From Macrostomum lignano (lineage: Eukaryota): DNA of 64,000 nt. A program made the translations under genes and the position numbers. Positions 11,921 through 22,659 of this stretch are shown here, one piece after another. How positions within the stretch are numbered: the stretch's first letter is position 1; every line of letters begins with the position of its first letter. Location of the stretch: the NCBI GenBank assembly GCA_002269645.1, contig NIVC01000947.1:248001-312000 (forward strand), read 5' to 3'. The notes under the pieces are model-generated. The model was not told where the DNA came from. It ran no database searches and saw nothing but the letters and a program-made list of their open reading frames with translations.

Positions 11921-14900
11921 TTACCGATGGTCCACAGCCACCGGAGCATAGGTGAAGCCGGCGGTCTCCCTCAGCAGCGGCATGTCCACAATGACGCTGC
12001 CATCGCTCCGCAGCCGGGCGGTCACCAGCCGGGCATCCACATTGGCTGGCAAGTCGAACTCGTCGCGGAATTCCCGCATTGACGTTTTGCCGGCCGACTT
12101 CACCTCGCGCCGGCCGTGGACCGACAGGCGTCGGCCGTTGTCAACCGTGGCAACGGTGAGGTCCTGGGGCTCGAACTCGGGACCTACGTCGACTTCGAGT
12201 TGAAAAGCGCTGGCGGTGCGAACACCGCTGCCCTGCTGCTGCTGCTGATGTCGGGGCGAGCCGAGAGGCTGGGAGAAGGCGGGCGACCCCGACCTCGGCG
12301 ACAGTCGGGGACTGTTTGAGTAGAGCCTGCGGAGTTGAGTTCAGGCTGATCTGGATCGAACTGATTCGGCAATGCTGAGTTTGGCGCCATTGACTCCTCA
12401 GAGATTTTTGCACAAATCACCGTGACCCTCAAATTCAACAGATCCATTGACGTTGACCCCCACCCTAGATTTAAGGAACTATTGTTTGACCTTCTAGATG
12501 ACCTCCTGGTTTTCAAGGTCAATTGATTGACCTCCCCTAGACGACCATATGGTTCTCAACTCCAATCAGCTGACCCCCCTTAGATGATCCCTGGATTTTA
12601 GGTACAATCAATTGCCCCCCCTTAGATGACCCTGGATTTTAGGGACAATCAATTGCCCCCCCCTTAGATGACCCCCTGGATTTTATTGACCCCCCTTAGA
12701 TGACCCCCGGATTTTAGCTACAACCAATTGACCCCCCTTAGATGACCCCCCGGATTTTAGCTACAACCAATTGACCCCCCTTAGATGACCCCACGGATTT
12801 TAGCTACAACCAATTGACCCCCCCTTGGATAACCCCCCTGGATTTCAGCTACAATCAAATGCCCCTCCCAGATTTCAGCTACAATCAAATGCCCCTCCCG
12901 GATTTCAGCTACAATCAAATGCCCCCCCCCCCAGATTTCAATTGACCCCCTTAGATGCCCCCGGTTCTCAGCGCGATGTCCCGTGACCCCCCTCTCCGCA
13001 GCGCTGCTCACCTGCTCTGCTGCTGCAGGGCCGGCTGCTTCCCGGAATACTGGGGCGGCATCACCGGAGCGGTGACTGACAACTGACCCTCGGCCACAGT
13101 GGACCGGACACCGCGAGGGTCGACCCCGTCCGGCAGCGAGAACTGCTCATCGAACGAGGCGGAGCTCTGCTTGCCGGTGCGCGGGTCCACCCGCTTGGAG
13201 TTGCCGCAGACCCGGACCGTGCGGTCTCCCACCAGCGAAGTCTTCAAGTCGCCAGGCTCGTAGTCGCGAACGTCGAACACCACTCGATAGACCAGCGAGC
13301 CGTCCGGCTGCCGCTCGATTCGGCCAGTTCGGCCACTGTCCGAGCAGCCGGGGTCGACTTGGCCGGGTGTCCGGAAAAAACCGTCCATTCGTTCTTGCAT
13401 CGAGCGAGTGAGTTTGTCGAACTCCTCGTCCCAGACTGGGGAGGCGCGGCGGAGGTCTGCGGAGGGTGGGGGAGGTGGGTTGTTGGGTGGAGATTCTGTG
13501 GGTTGTTGGGTGGAGATTCTGTGGGCTGTTGGGTGGAGATTCTGTGGGTTGTTGGGTGGAGATTCTGCGGGCTGTTGATGAAGATTGTGTGGGCTGTTGA
13601 TGCGAAGATTCTGTGGGCTGTTGATGAAGATTCTGTGGGCTGTTGATGTGAAGATTCTGTGGGCTGTTGATGTGAAGATTCTGTGGGCTGTTGATGAAGA
13701 TTGTGTGGGCTGTTGATGTAGATTGTGTGGGCTGTTGATGAAGATTGTGTGGGCTGTTGATGAAGATTGTGTGGGCTGTTGATGTGAAGATTCTGTGGGT
13801 TGTTGATGAAGATTGTGTGGGCTGTTGATGAAGATTCTGTGGGCTGTTGATGTGAAGATTCTGTGGGCTGTTGATGAAGATTCTGTGGGCTGTTGATGCG
13901 AAGATTCTGTGGGTTGTTGATGAAGATTGTGTGGGCTGTTCCATGCTAAGCTAACTGCAGAAGTGCTCTTTTACAGCTCAAATTACAAAAATGCGCAATA
14001 AAACTCAGACCATAGCCGCAATATTGTGCTTGTATGTAATTTGGCAGAAACACATGTTGGGCTCAAATGCCGTGTGTACAGTGTACAGGTATCAGGGGTA
14101 TTTGACTGACAGACAGAGGCAGACAGAGGAAGTCTCAGTGCTTACCAACTGATTACAAAGGTAAATAGATTTAGAGATAAAAAGCAAGCACACCCGCTCT
14201 CTCTATGCAAATTGAACTGCGCATTGCGTGTGGGCCTGTTTGCAGAAATGACTTTGTTGGACTGACTGACAAGTCGATCATTGCCGCCAGTGTCAACATA
14301 TGAGAGACTGCACCTGGCGTCTCAGGAGCGATTTAGACTCTGGAGGGAGGCAATCTCAAGGGAGACAAGTCTTAGGGGGAGACAAGTCTCGGGGGAGTCT
14401 CAGGGGAGACAGTTCTCAGAGGAGACAAATCTCAGGAAAGACAAATCTCATAGGAGAAAAATCTCAGGGGAGACAAGTCTCAGGGAGACAAGTCTCAGGG
14501 GAGACAAGTCTCAGGGAGACAAGTCTCAGGGGAGACAAGTCTCATTGGAGACAAGTCTCATTGGAGGCAAGTCTCAGGGGGAGACAAGTCTCAGGGAGAC
14601 AAGTCTCATTGGAGACAAGTCTCATTGGAGACAAGTCTCATTGGAGACAAGTCTCATTGGAGACAAGTCTCAGGGGAGACAAGTCTCATTGGAGACAAGT
14701 CTCATTGGAGACAAGTCTCATTGGAGACAAGTCTCAGGGGAGACAAGTCTCAGGGGAGACAAGTCTCAGGGGAGACAAGTCTCAGGGGAGACAAGTCTCA
14801 GGGGAGACAAGTCTCAGAGGAGACAAGTCTCAGGGGAGACAAGTCTCAGGGAGACTAGTCTCATTGGAGACAAGTCTCAGGGGAGACTAGTCTCAGGGTA

Positions 14901-16530
14901 GACAAGTCTCAGGGGAGACAAGTCTCAGGGGAGACAAGTCTCATTGGAGACAAGTCTCAGGGGAGACAAGTCTCAGGGGAGACAAGTCTCAGGAGAGACA
15001 AGTCTCAGGGGAGACAAGTCTCAGGGAGACAAGTCTCAGGGGAGACAAGTCTCAGGGGGAGACAAGTCTCATTGGAGACAAGTCTCATTGGAGACAAGTC
15101 TCATTGGAGACAAGTCTCATTGGAGACAAGTCTCAGGGGAGACAAGTCTCAGGGGAGACAAGTCTCAGGGGAGACAAGTCTCAGGGGAGACTAGTCTCAG
15201 AGGAGACAAGTCTCAGGGGAGACTAGTCTCAGGGTAGTCAAGTCTCAGGGGAGACAAGTCTCAGGGGAGACAAGTCTCATTGGAGACAAGTCTCATTGGA
15301 GACAAGTCTCAGGGGAGACAAGTCTCAGGGAAGACAAGTCTCAGGGGAGACAAGTCTCATTGGAGACAAGTCTCAGGGGAGACAAGTCTCAGGGGAGACA
15401 AGTTTTAAGGGAGACAAGTCTCAGGGTAGACAAGTCTCATTGGAGACAAGTCTCAGGGGAGACAAGTCTCAGGGAGACAAGTTTTAAGGGAGACAAGTCT
15501 CAGGGTAGACAAGTCTCATTGGAGACAAGTCTCAGGGGAGACAAGTCTCAGGGAGACAAGTCTCATTGGAGACAAGTCTCAGGGGAGACAAGTCTCAGGG
15601 GAGACAAGTCTCAGGAGAGACAAGTCTCAGGGGAGACAAGTCTCAGGAGAGACAAGTCTCAGGGGAGACAAGTCTCAGGGAGACAAGTCTCAGGGGAGAC
15701 AAGTCTCATTGGAGACAAGTCTCAGGGGGAGACAAGTCTCAGGGGGAGACAAGTCTCATTGGAGACAAGTCTCAGTGGGAGACAAGTCTCATTGGAGACA
15801 AGTCTCATTGGAGACAAGTCTCATTGGAGACAAGTCTCATTGGAGACAAGTCTCAGGGGAGACAAGTTTCAGGGGAGACAAGTCTCAGGGGAGACTAGTC
15901 TCAGAGGAGACAAGTCTCAGGGGAGACAAGTCTCAGGGGAGACAAGTCTCAGGGGAGACAAGTCTCAGGGGGAGACAAGTCTCATTGGAGACAAGTCTCA
16001 TTGGAGACAAGTCTCATTGGAGACAAGTCTCATTGGAGACAAGTCTCATTGGAGACAAGTCTCATTGGAGACAAGTCTCAGGGGAGACAAGTCTCAGGGG
16101 AGACTAGTCTCAGAGGAGACAAGTCTCAGGGGAGACAAGTCTCCGGGGAGACAAGTCTCAGGGGAGACTAGTCTCAGAGGAGACAAGTCTCAGGGGAGAC
16201 TAGTCTCAGGGGAGACAAGTCTCAGGGGAGACAAGTCTCAGGGGAGACAAGTTTCAGGGGAGACAAGTCTCAGGAGAGACAAGTCTCAGGGGAGACAAGT
16301 CTCAGGGAGACAAGTCTCAGGGGAGAAGAATAGCAAGATTAGTCGATTCTCATGCTTTACTCCAGGATTTCAGTAATCATGACTTACCCATAATAAATTT
16401 CAGGTGAGAATACGCGGTATTCAATTGAAGATTTCTTGTTAAGATCTTGCTAACAGTATAAGTTATTATAGGTAGCTACTTGTGTCTATATCTTTCTGTG
16501 TAGGCTTCCAAGTCTTATGACGACTTCTTG

Positions 16531-16565
<35 letters not shown>

Positions 16566-18004
16566 CCCTCTCTCCCTTACCCCTGCTGTCCTCTGCATTA
16601 GTCACACGCTTAAGTCTTAAGAACTTTGGCATTTCGAATTTATTCATTCACCCATTGGCAGGGACGGGAGAGGACGGTCGGGTCTGTCACCCTCTCCGCG
16701 TTGTGGACAGGCGAATCGTTAGGGAAGGACAGAAGGTCCGATGGGTTGCTTTTCTACACAACACTCTGGGAAGGATTGACTGTGGACTTGTTGTGTTCCA
16801 CAAGATGGGAGTGTTCGAAATGAGAGATTGGGGCCTACACTCCTAGAGGTCTTGGAAATATGTATGATAGGGGGATGAGGGGAGAGAAGAAAGGGAAGAG
16901 AGGGGAGAGGAGAGAGGGGAGAAGAGAGGAGAGAGGGGAGAAGAGAGGTGAGAGGGGAGAAGAGAGGGGAGAAGAGAGGAGAGAGGGGAGAAGAGAGGTG
17001 AGAGGGGAGAAGAGAGGTGAGAGGGGAGAAGAGAGGGGAGTGGGGAGAGGAGAGAGGGGGAGGGGAGAGGGGAGAAGATAGTAGAGAGGGGAGAAGAGAG
17101 GTGAGAGGGGAGAAGAGAGGGGAGTGGGGAGAGGAGAGAGGGGGAGGGGAGAGGGGAGAAGATAGTAGAGAGGGGAGAAGAGAGGTGAGAGGGGAGAAGA
17201 GAGGGGAGTGGGGAGAGGAGAGAGGGGGAGGGGAGAGGGGAGAAGATAGTAGAGAGGGGAGAAGAGAGGGGAGTGGGGAGAGGAGAGAGGAGGGAGGGGA
17301 GAAGAGAGGGGAGTGGGGAGAGGAGAGAGTAGAGAGGGGAGAAGAGAGGTGAGAGGAAAGGACGGAGGGGAGAAGAGAGTAGAGAGGGGAGAAGAGAGTA
17401 GAGAGGGGAGAAGAGAGGTGAGAGGAAAGGACGGAGGGGAGAAGAGAGTAGAGAGGGAGAAGAGAGTAGAGAGGGGAGAAGAGAGGTGAGAGGAAAGGAC
17501 GGAGGGGAGAAGAGAGTAGAGAGGGGAGAAGAGAGTAGAGAGGGGAGAAGAGAGGTGAGAGGAAAGGACGGAGGGGAGAAGAGAGTAGAGAGGGGAGAAG
17601 AGAGTAGAGAGGGGAGAAGAGAGGTGAGAGGAAAGGACGGAGGGGAGAAGAGAGTAGAGAGGGGAGAAGAGAGGAGAGAAGGGAGAATGGAGCGAGAACA
17701 CAGAAGCCAGTTACAGTTACACTCCGAAGCGAATGCAGCTCCATATATCCAGCCAGAATGGCTGCTGCATATACGCAACAGTTTGGTGAGAAAAAAGCCC
17801 AAGTATTACCAATATGAATAAGTGTGAAAATGAAAATACAACTTGAAATAAACATTTTATATTGCGGTCCTGCTGTAATTGGTGCTGCTGAACTTTTGCA
17901 ACAAGATTTATCGTGTGAACTACATACTTACCTTCAACAATTCTCGGGCTCAGCCTTGGGCTCGGAGATCTGCCCTGCATTGGAGAGGCACTGCCACCGC
18001 TCAT
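11921..18004 (-). CDS. Small heat-shock protein with two alpha-crystallin domains (flatworm p40/major-egg-antigen type); complement(join(11921..12326,13012..13456,17932..18004)), 307 aa
   Basis: ACD1: YRVVFDVRDYEPGDLKTSLVGDRTVRVCG...FDEQFSLPDGVDPRGVRSTVAEGQLSVTAP. ACD2: FQLEVDVGPEFEPQDLTVATVDNGRRLSVHG...EFRDEFDLPANVDARLVTARLRSDGSVIVDMP. Introns GT-AG in phase 1 (VE-G|AC) and phase 2 (AG|G); total 924 nt. Exon 1 has GCCATGA, donor G|GTAAGT, and shares the SPRLSPR motif with exon 3. Confidence 0.85.
12520..12960. repeat. ~40-45-bp C-tract minisatellite (CAATTGACCCCCCTTAGATGACCCCCGGATTTTAGCTACAAC) in sHSP intron 2
   Basis: Direct inspection within intron 12327..13011. Confidence 0.88.
13480..13940. 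repeat. ~22-24-bp minisatellite (GGGCTGTTGATG(TG)AAGATTCTGT) in sHSP intron 1
   Basis: Direct inspection; source of ORF 13147..13944. Confidence 0.92.
14350..16322. repeat. 15-17-bp palindromic minisatellite (AGGG/ATTG + GAGACAAGTCTC), ~120 units, sHSP intron 1
   Basis: Every unit contains GAGAC-AA-GTCTC (variant GAGAC-TA-GTCTC); two spacer classes alternate in blocks. Confidence 0.97.
16880..17680. repeat. GA-rich polypurine tandem repeat in sHSP intron 1
   Basis: Almost exclusively G/A on the + strand, with repeated GAGAGGGGAGAAGAGAG blocks. Confidence 0.92.
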
Positions 18005-18102
18005 GGCTACACAATGTTCTGGCTATAATGTTGTACAGAATTTCACAGCTCGGCAAAGTTGCAAGTCTTTTCTCGCTGTGTTGGTTGTCGACTGTCTTCG
18101 AA

Positions 18103-18112
18103 TTTATATAGA
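18103..18112 (-). promoter_or_regulatory. TATA box of the sHSP gene (CTATATAAA on - strand)
   Basis: About 100 nt upstream of ATG 18004; no clear nGAAnnTTCn heat-shock element seen nearby. Confidence 0.5.
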
Positions 18113-18519
18113 CAGTTGAGGTGAACTGTCACACACCTGTGAGGCCGGCACAGCCTGTCAACAACTGCTTAGCTAGTCTGTGTGTGCTCAAACTGTGCTC
18201 AAAGTTGTCTGCATTCATTGCGACTGTATTTTTGTTTAGATTGGACAGACAGACTGTAAACAGGGTGGGGTGAGTTGGTAGGTTGCTGTTCTGCATTCAG
18301 CTTCGCATTGCATATTCACCTTAGCTTGTGTATTTAGACTTAATTTGGCCTTTCTCCCAAGGTATTTTGCGGTCTGTATAGAAATTTTTGCCAAGTTTTT
18401 GTTGGCGAGACAACTGGCTCAGTGTTGGTGGTCGAAAATAAATAAATAATTTTATTTATTTCGTGTCGTGAAAATGGAGTTCTCAGTGTATTTTTAATTT
18501 TGTGGCCATGGGGTTGCTG

Positions 18520-19105
18520 CAGGGGTCAGGGGGTGCTGGAAGGGGTCAGGGGGTGCTGGAAGGGGTCAGGGGATTCTGGAAGGGGTCAGGGGGTGCTGGA
18601 AGGGGTCAGGGGGTGCTGGAAGGGGTCAGGGGATTCTGGAAGGGGTCAGGGGGTGCTGGAAGGGGTCAGGGGTGCTGAAAGGGGTCAGGGGGTGCTGGAA
18701 GGGGTCAGGGGTGCTGGAAGGGGTCAGGGGGTGCTGGAAGGGGTCAGGGGTGCTGGAAGGGGTCAGGGGTGCTGGAAGGGGTCAGGGGTGCTGGAAGGGG
18801 TCAGGGGGTGCTGGAAGGGGTCAGGGGTGCTGAAAGGGGTCAGGGGTGCTGGAAGGGGTCAGGGGTGCTGGAAGGGGTCAGGGGTGCTGGAAGGGGTCAG
18901 GGGTGCTGGAAGGGGTCAGGGGGTGCTGGAAGGGGTCAGGGGTGCTGGAAGGGGTCAGGGGGTGCTGGAAGGGGTCAGGGGTGCTGGAAGGGGTCAGAGG
19001 GTGCTGGAAGGGGTCAGGGGGTGCTGGAGGGGGTCAGGGGGTGCTGGAAGGGGTCAGGGGTGCTGGAAGGGGTCAGGGGGTGCTGGAAGGGGTCAGGGGT
19101 GCTGG
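18520..19105. repeat. 19/20-bp G-rich minisatellite (GGGGTCAGGGG(G)TGCTGGAA)
   Basis: Direct inspection; G-runs make it a G-quadruplex candidate. Confidence 0.95.
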
Positions 19106-19624
19106 GATGCTTTCAACAGATATCCTGCACAGACTACTTATTTGAATACTTCAGTAGTGAGTCAGATTTATTAAATCTCATTACAAACAGAGACTATATA
19201 AACTGAAACCTCCATGCAAGGTCGGGAAATTCTCACGTGGAAATAATTTTTTAGAATCAAACGAACAGGTGCAAAAACAATTTCTTCTAAAAGAGGAAGT
19301 TACAAAAAGAAATATTTTGTAAAAAAACTATCAAATATGAAATCCGTAATATTGAAAAGCAGGTCCAAAGCAAACTTGGCTTATTCCGTCTTTGAAAAGT
19401 TGTTCTATTCATTATTCTGTTCTGTAACTACTTCTAAAATTACCACACAGAACGGAGTTGGGACACAATGAGGTTTCGAGAATTGCAATTTCTAAAACAA
19501 ATGTGTTGGCAAACAAAGTATTTTATTGTTTCATGGAAGGGCAGTCTCTGTCTTTGCTTTGTTTTAAATGCGGAAGTGTCATATTGTCATGCCAAATTTC
19601 TCTGAAAAACGTTTCAGAGACTAT

Positions 19625-21040
19625 TGAGAGAAGAGGGTTGAGTAGAGAGGATAGGGGAGGAGAGGAGAGGGGAGGAGAGGGGAGGAGAGGGGAGGAGAGG
19701 GGAGGAGAGGGGAGGAGAGGGGAGGAGAGGAGAGGAGGGGAGAGGAGAGGAGAGGAGAGGAGAGGAGAGGGGAGGAGAGGAGAGGAGAAGAGAGGAGAGG
19801 AGAAAGGAGAGGAGAGGAGAGGAGAGGAGAGAAGAGGAGAGGAGAGGAGAGGAGAGGAGAGGAGAGGAGAGGAGAGGAGAGGGGAAGGGAAGGAGAGGAG
19901 AGGGGAGGATCGAGAGGGGAGGGAAGGAGAGGAGAGGGGAGGAGAGGGGAGGAGAGGAGAGGAGAGGAGAGGAGAGGAGAGGAGAGGAGAGGGGAGGAGA
20001 GGGGAGGAGAGGAGAGGAGAGGAGAGGAGAGGGGAGGAGAGGAGAGGAGAGGAGAGGAGAGGAGAGGGGAGGAGAGGAGAGGAGAGGAGAGGAGAGGAGA
20101 GGAGAGGAGAGAAGAGGAGAGGAGAGGAGAGGGGAGGAGAGGAGAGGAGAGGAGAGGAGAGGAGAGGAGAGGAGAGGAGAGGGGAGGATCGAGAGGGAGG
20201 GAAGGAGAGGAGAGGAGAGGAGAGGAGAGGAGAGGAGAGGAGAGGAGAGGAGATGAGAGGGAGGGAAGGAGAGGAGAGGGGAGGATCGAGAGGGGAGGGA
20301 AGGAGAGGAGAGGAGAAGAGAAGAGAGGAGAGGAGAAGAGAGGAGAGGAGATGAGATGAGAGGAGAGGGGAGGAGAGGAGAGGAGATGAGAGGAGAGGAG
20401 AGGGGAGGATCGAGAGGGGAGGGAAGGAGAGGAGAGGAGAGGAGAGGAGAAGAGAGGAGAGGAGAGAAGAGGAGACGAGAGGAGAGGAGAGAAGAGAAGA
20501 GGAGAGGAGAGGAGAGGAGAGGAGAGGAGAGGAGAGGAGAGGAGAGGAGAGGAGAGGAGATGAGAGGAGAGGAGAGGAGAGGAGAGGAGATGAGAGGAGA
20601 GGAGAGGAGAGGGGAGGATCGAGAGGGGAGGGAAGGAGAGGAGAGGAGAGGAGAAGAGAGGAGAGGAGAGGAGAGGAGAGGAGAGGAGAGGAGAGGAGAG
20701 GAGAGGAGAGGAGAGGAGAGGAGAGGAGAGGAGAGGAGAGGAGATGAGAGGAGAGGAGAGGAGAGGAGAGGAGATGAGAGGAGAGGAGAGGAGAGGGGAG
20801 GATCGAGAGGGGAGGGAAGGAGAGGAGAGGAGAGGAGAAGAGAGGAGAGGAGAGGAGAGGAGAGGAGAGGAGAGGAGAGGAGAGGAGAGGAGAGGGGAAG
20901 GGAAGGAGAGGAGTGGGGAGGATCGAGAGGGAGGGAAGGAGAGAAGATGAGAGGAGAGGGGAGGAGAGGAGAGGAGAGGGGAGAGTAAAGAGGAGGGGAG
21001 ATGAGGACAGAGGGGAGAACAGGAGAGGAGGGAGTGGAGG
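19625..21040. repeat. (GGAGA)n pentanucleotide polypurine satellite
   Basis: Direct inspection. Confidence 0.97.
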
Positions 21041-21241
21041 AGATGCTCAGGTCCAGTTAGCCGAGAACTGTAGACCATAAGACACACAACTCCGGTATTC
21101 ACAGACAGATTTCCATTGGCTCAGCAGTTTCGCAAGACAGACAAAGACATGGCCCCCAGAAACTGGGTGATAAACGAAGTCACCTTCCTGCTTGGTCAGA
21201 AGTGTCAGGATTCTTGAGTGTCAGATCGCAGAGCCGCAGTC

Positions 21242-22602
21242 ATGACAGCTCCCCCATTCAATTTGCCTGTTGCAACTTGGAGCCTTCTGGCTTCATTTGG
21301 CCTGATTGAACAAGGTCAGCACCTGCAGCTGCCACCCAGCAGTTACCTGGTGGGTGCTCCGTGTCTACCTGGAGCATTTCCGCCACTTTTGTTTGCTTCA
21401 ACACCGCGCCTTCGAAGCCAGATTGACGAACAAGAAGAAGATGGACGATTGTCCAGAGCCAGCCGGGATGATACAGCTGACAGTGGGACGGCTGCTTCGT
21501 CAAGGAATGAAGGTTTGAACAGACTTCTGCGCTGTATCTTTCTGGGCTGTTGACCTTCTAGTGTGGGGTCGTTGATCCCTCCAGTTTGGGTCTGTTGACC
21601 CCTCCAGGGTATAGGTCTGTTGACCCCTCCAGTGTGTAGGTCTGTTGACCCCTCTGGTGTACATGTAGGTCTGTTGACCTCTCCGGTGTAGGTCTGTTGA
21701 CCCCTCCAGTGTGTAGGTCTGTTGACCCCTCCGGTGTAGGTCTGTTGACCCCTCCAGTGTGTAGGTCTGTTGACCCCTCCAGTGTATAGGTCTGTTGACC
21801 CCTCCAGTGTATAGGTCTGTTGACCCCTCCAGTGTATAGGTCTGTTGACCCCTTCCAGTGTGGGTCTGTTGACCCCTCCAGTGTATAGGCCTGTTGACCC
21901 CTCCAGTGTGTAGGTCTGTTGACCCCTCCAGTGTGTAGGTCTGTTGACCCCTCCAGTGTGTAGGTCTGTTGACCCCTCCAGTGTGTAGGTCTGTTGACCC
22001 CTTCCAGTGTGGGTCTGTTGACCCCTCCAGTGTGTAGGTCTGTTGACCCCTCCAGTGTGTAGGTCTGTTGACCCCTCCGGTGTATATGTCTGTTGACCCC
22101 TCCGGTGTATATGTCTGTTGACCCCTCCGGTGTTTAGGTCTGTTGACCCCTCCGGTGTTTAGGTCTGTTTGACCCCTCCAGTGTAGGGGCAGTCGACCCT
22201 GCTCAGTGGGTCTCGCTGGCCATGAACAGACCCTGAGCTCACGTAAGTCACATTTAATCCCAAACTACAGACAACCACTCGAATGCAGGCTTAGCGCACA
22301 GAGAGACAGCATCAGTCAGCAGTCACAAGCGAGTGAGAACTGCATTCTCAAGCGATCAGCTGTTGTCACTGGAGACCGAATTCTCGGTCAGCATGTACCT
22401 CACCCGCATCAGACGAATTGGCATTGCTCAGCGATTGAGCCTGAGTGAGAAGCAGGTGAAAATCTGGTTTCAAAATCGGCGAGTTCGGTATAAGAAGGAG
22501 ACTCGGCTTCTCAGCCCAACTGGCGAACGAGAGGTCGGGAGTTCGTGCTCCAAATGCCGCCGCCTGCGAAATTGCAACAAGAGGCTGCTGGACTATCGTT
22601 GA
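21242..22602 (+). CDS. Gsx: Gsx/ind-class (ParaHox) homeobox protein; join(21242..21512,22271..22602), optional 36-nt exon 22207..22242
   Basis: Homeodomain [59 protein letters not shown] matches the Gsx/ind signatures ([40 protein letters not shown]). Phase-1 donor GAAG|GTTTGA at 21513 and acceptor CTACAG ending 22270. The N-terminus is uncertain. Confidence 0.8.
21560..22186. repeat. ~23-bp minisatellite (GTGTAGGTCTGTTGACCCCTCCA) in the Gsx intron
   Basis: Direct inspection. Confidence 0.95.
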
Positions 22603-22659
22603 TTACCTTACCGCTATCCTGGAGACTTCCCTGAAGACTGTTCCTCTGCCACTTGTTTC

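Noticed and set aside
13147-14147. Alternative sHSP starts: ATG 13944 (MEQPTQ...) or a minus-strand exon ending at the GTAAG donor near 14146
   Set aside because: ATG 13944 is out of frame with the ACD exon and runs through a repeat. The 14146 exon has an in-frame stop when joined in phase 1. Exon 17932-18004 fits phase, Kozak, TATA and motif evidence better. A non-coding alternative 5' exon is not excluded.
16517-16846. Protein-like ORF GTGEDGRVCHPLRVVDRR... on + strand
   Set aside because: No recognisable domain, no consistent exon chain, and it lies antisense within sHSP intron 1.
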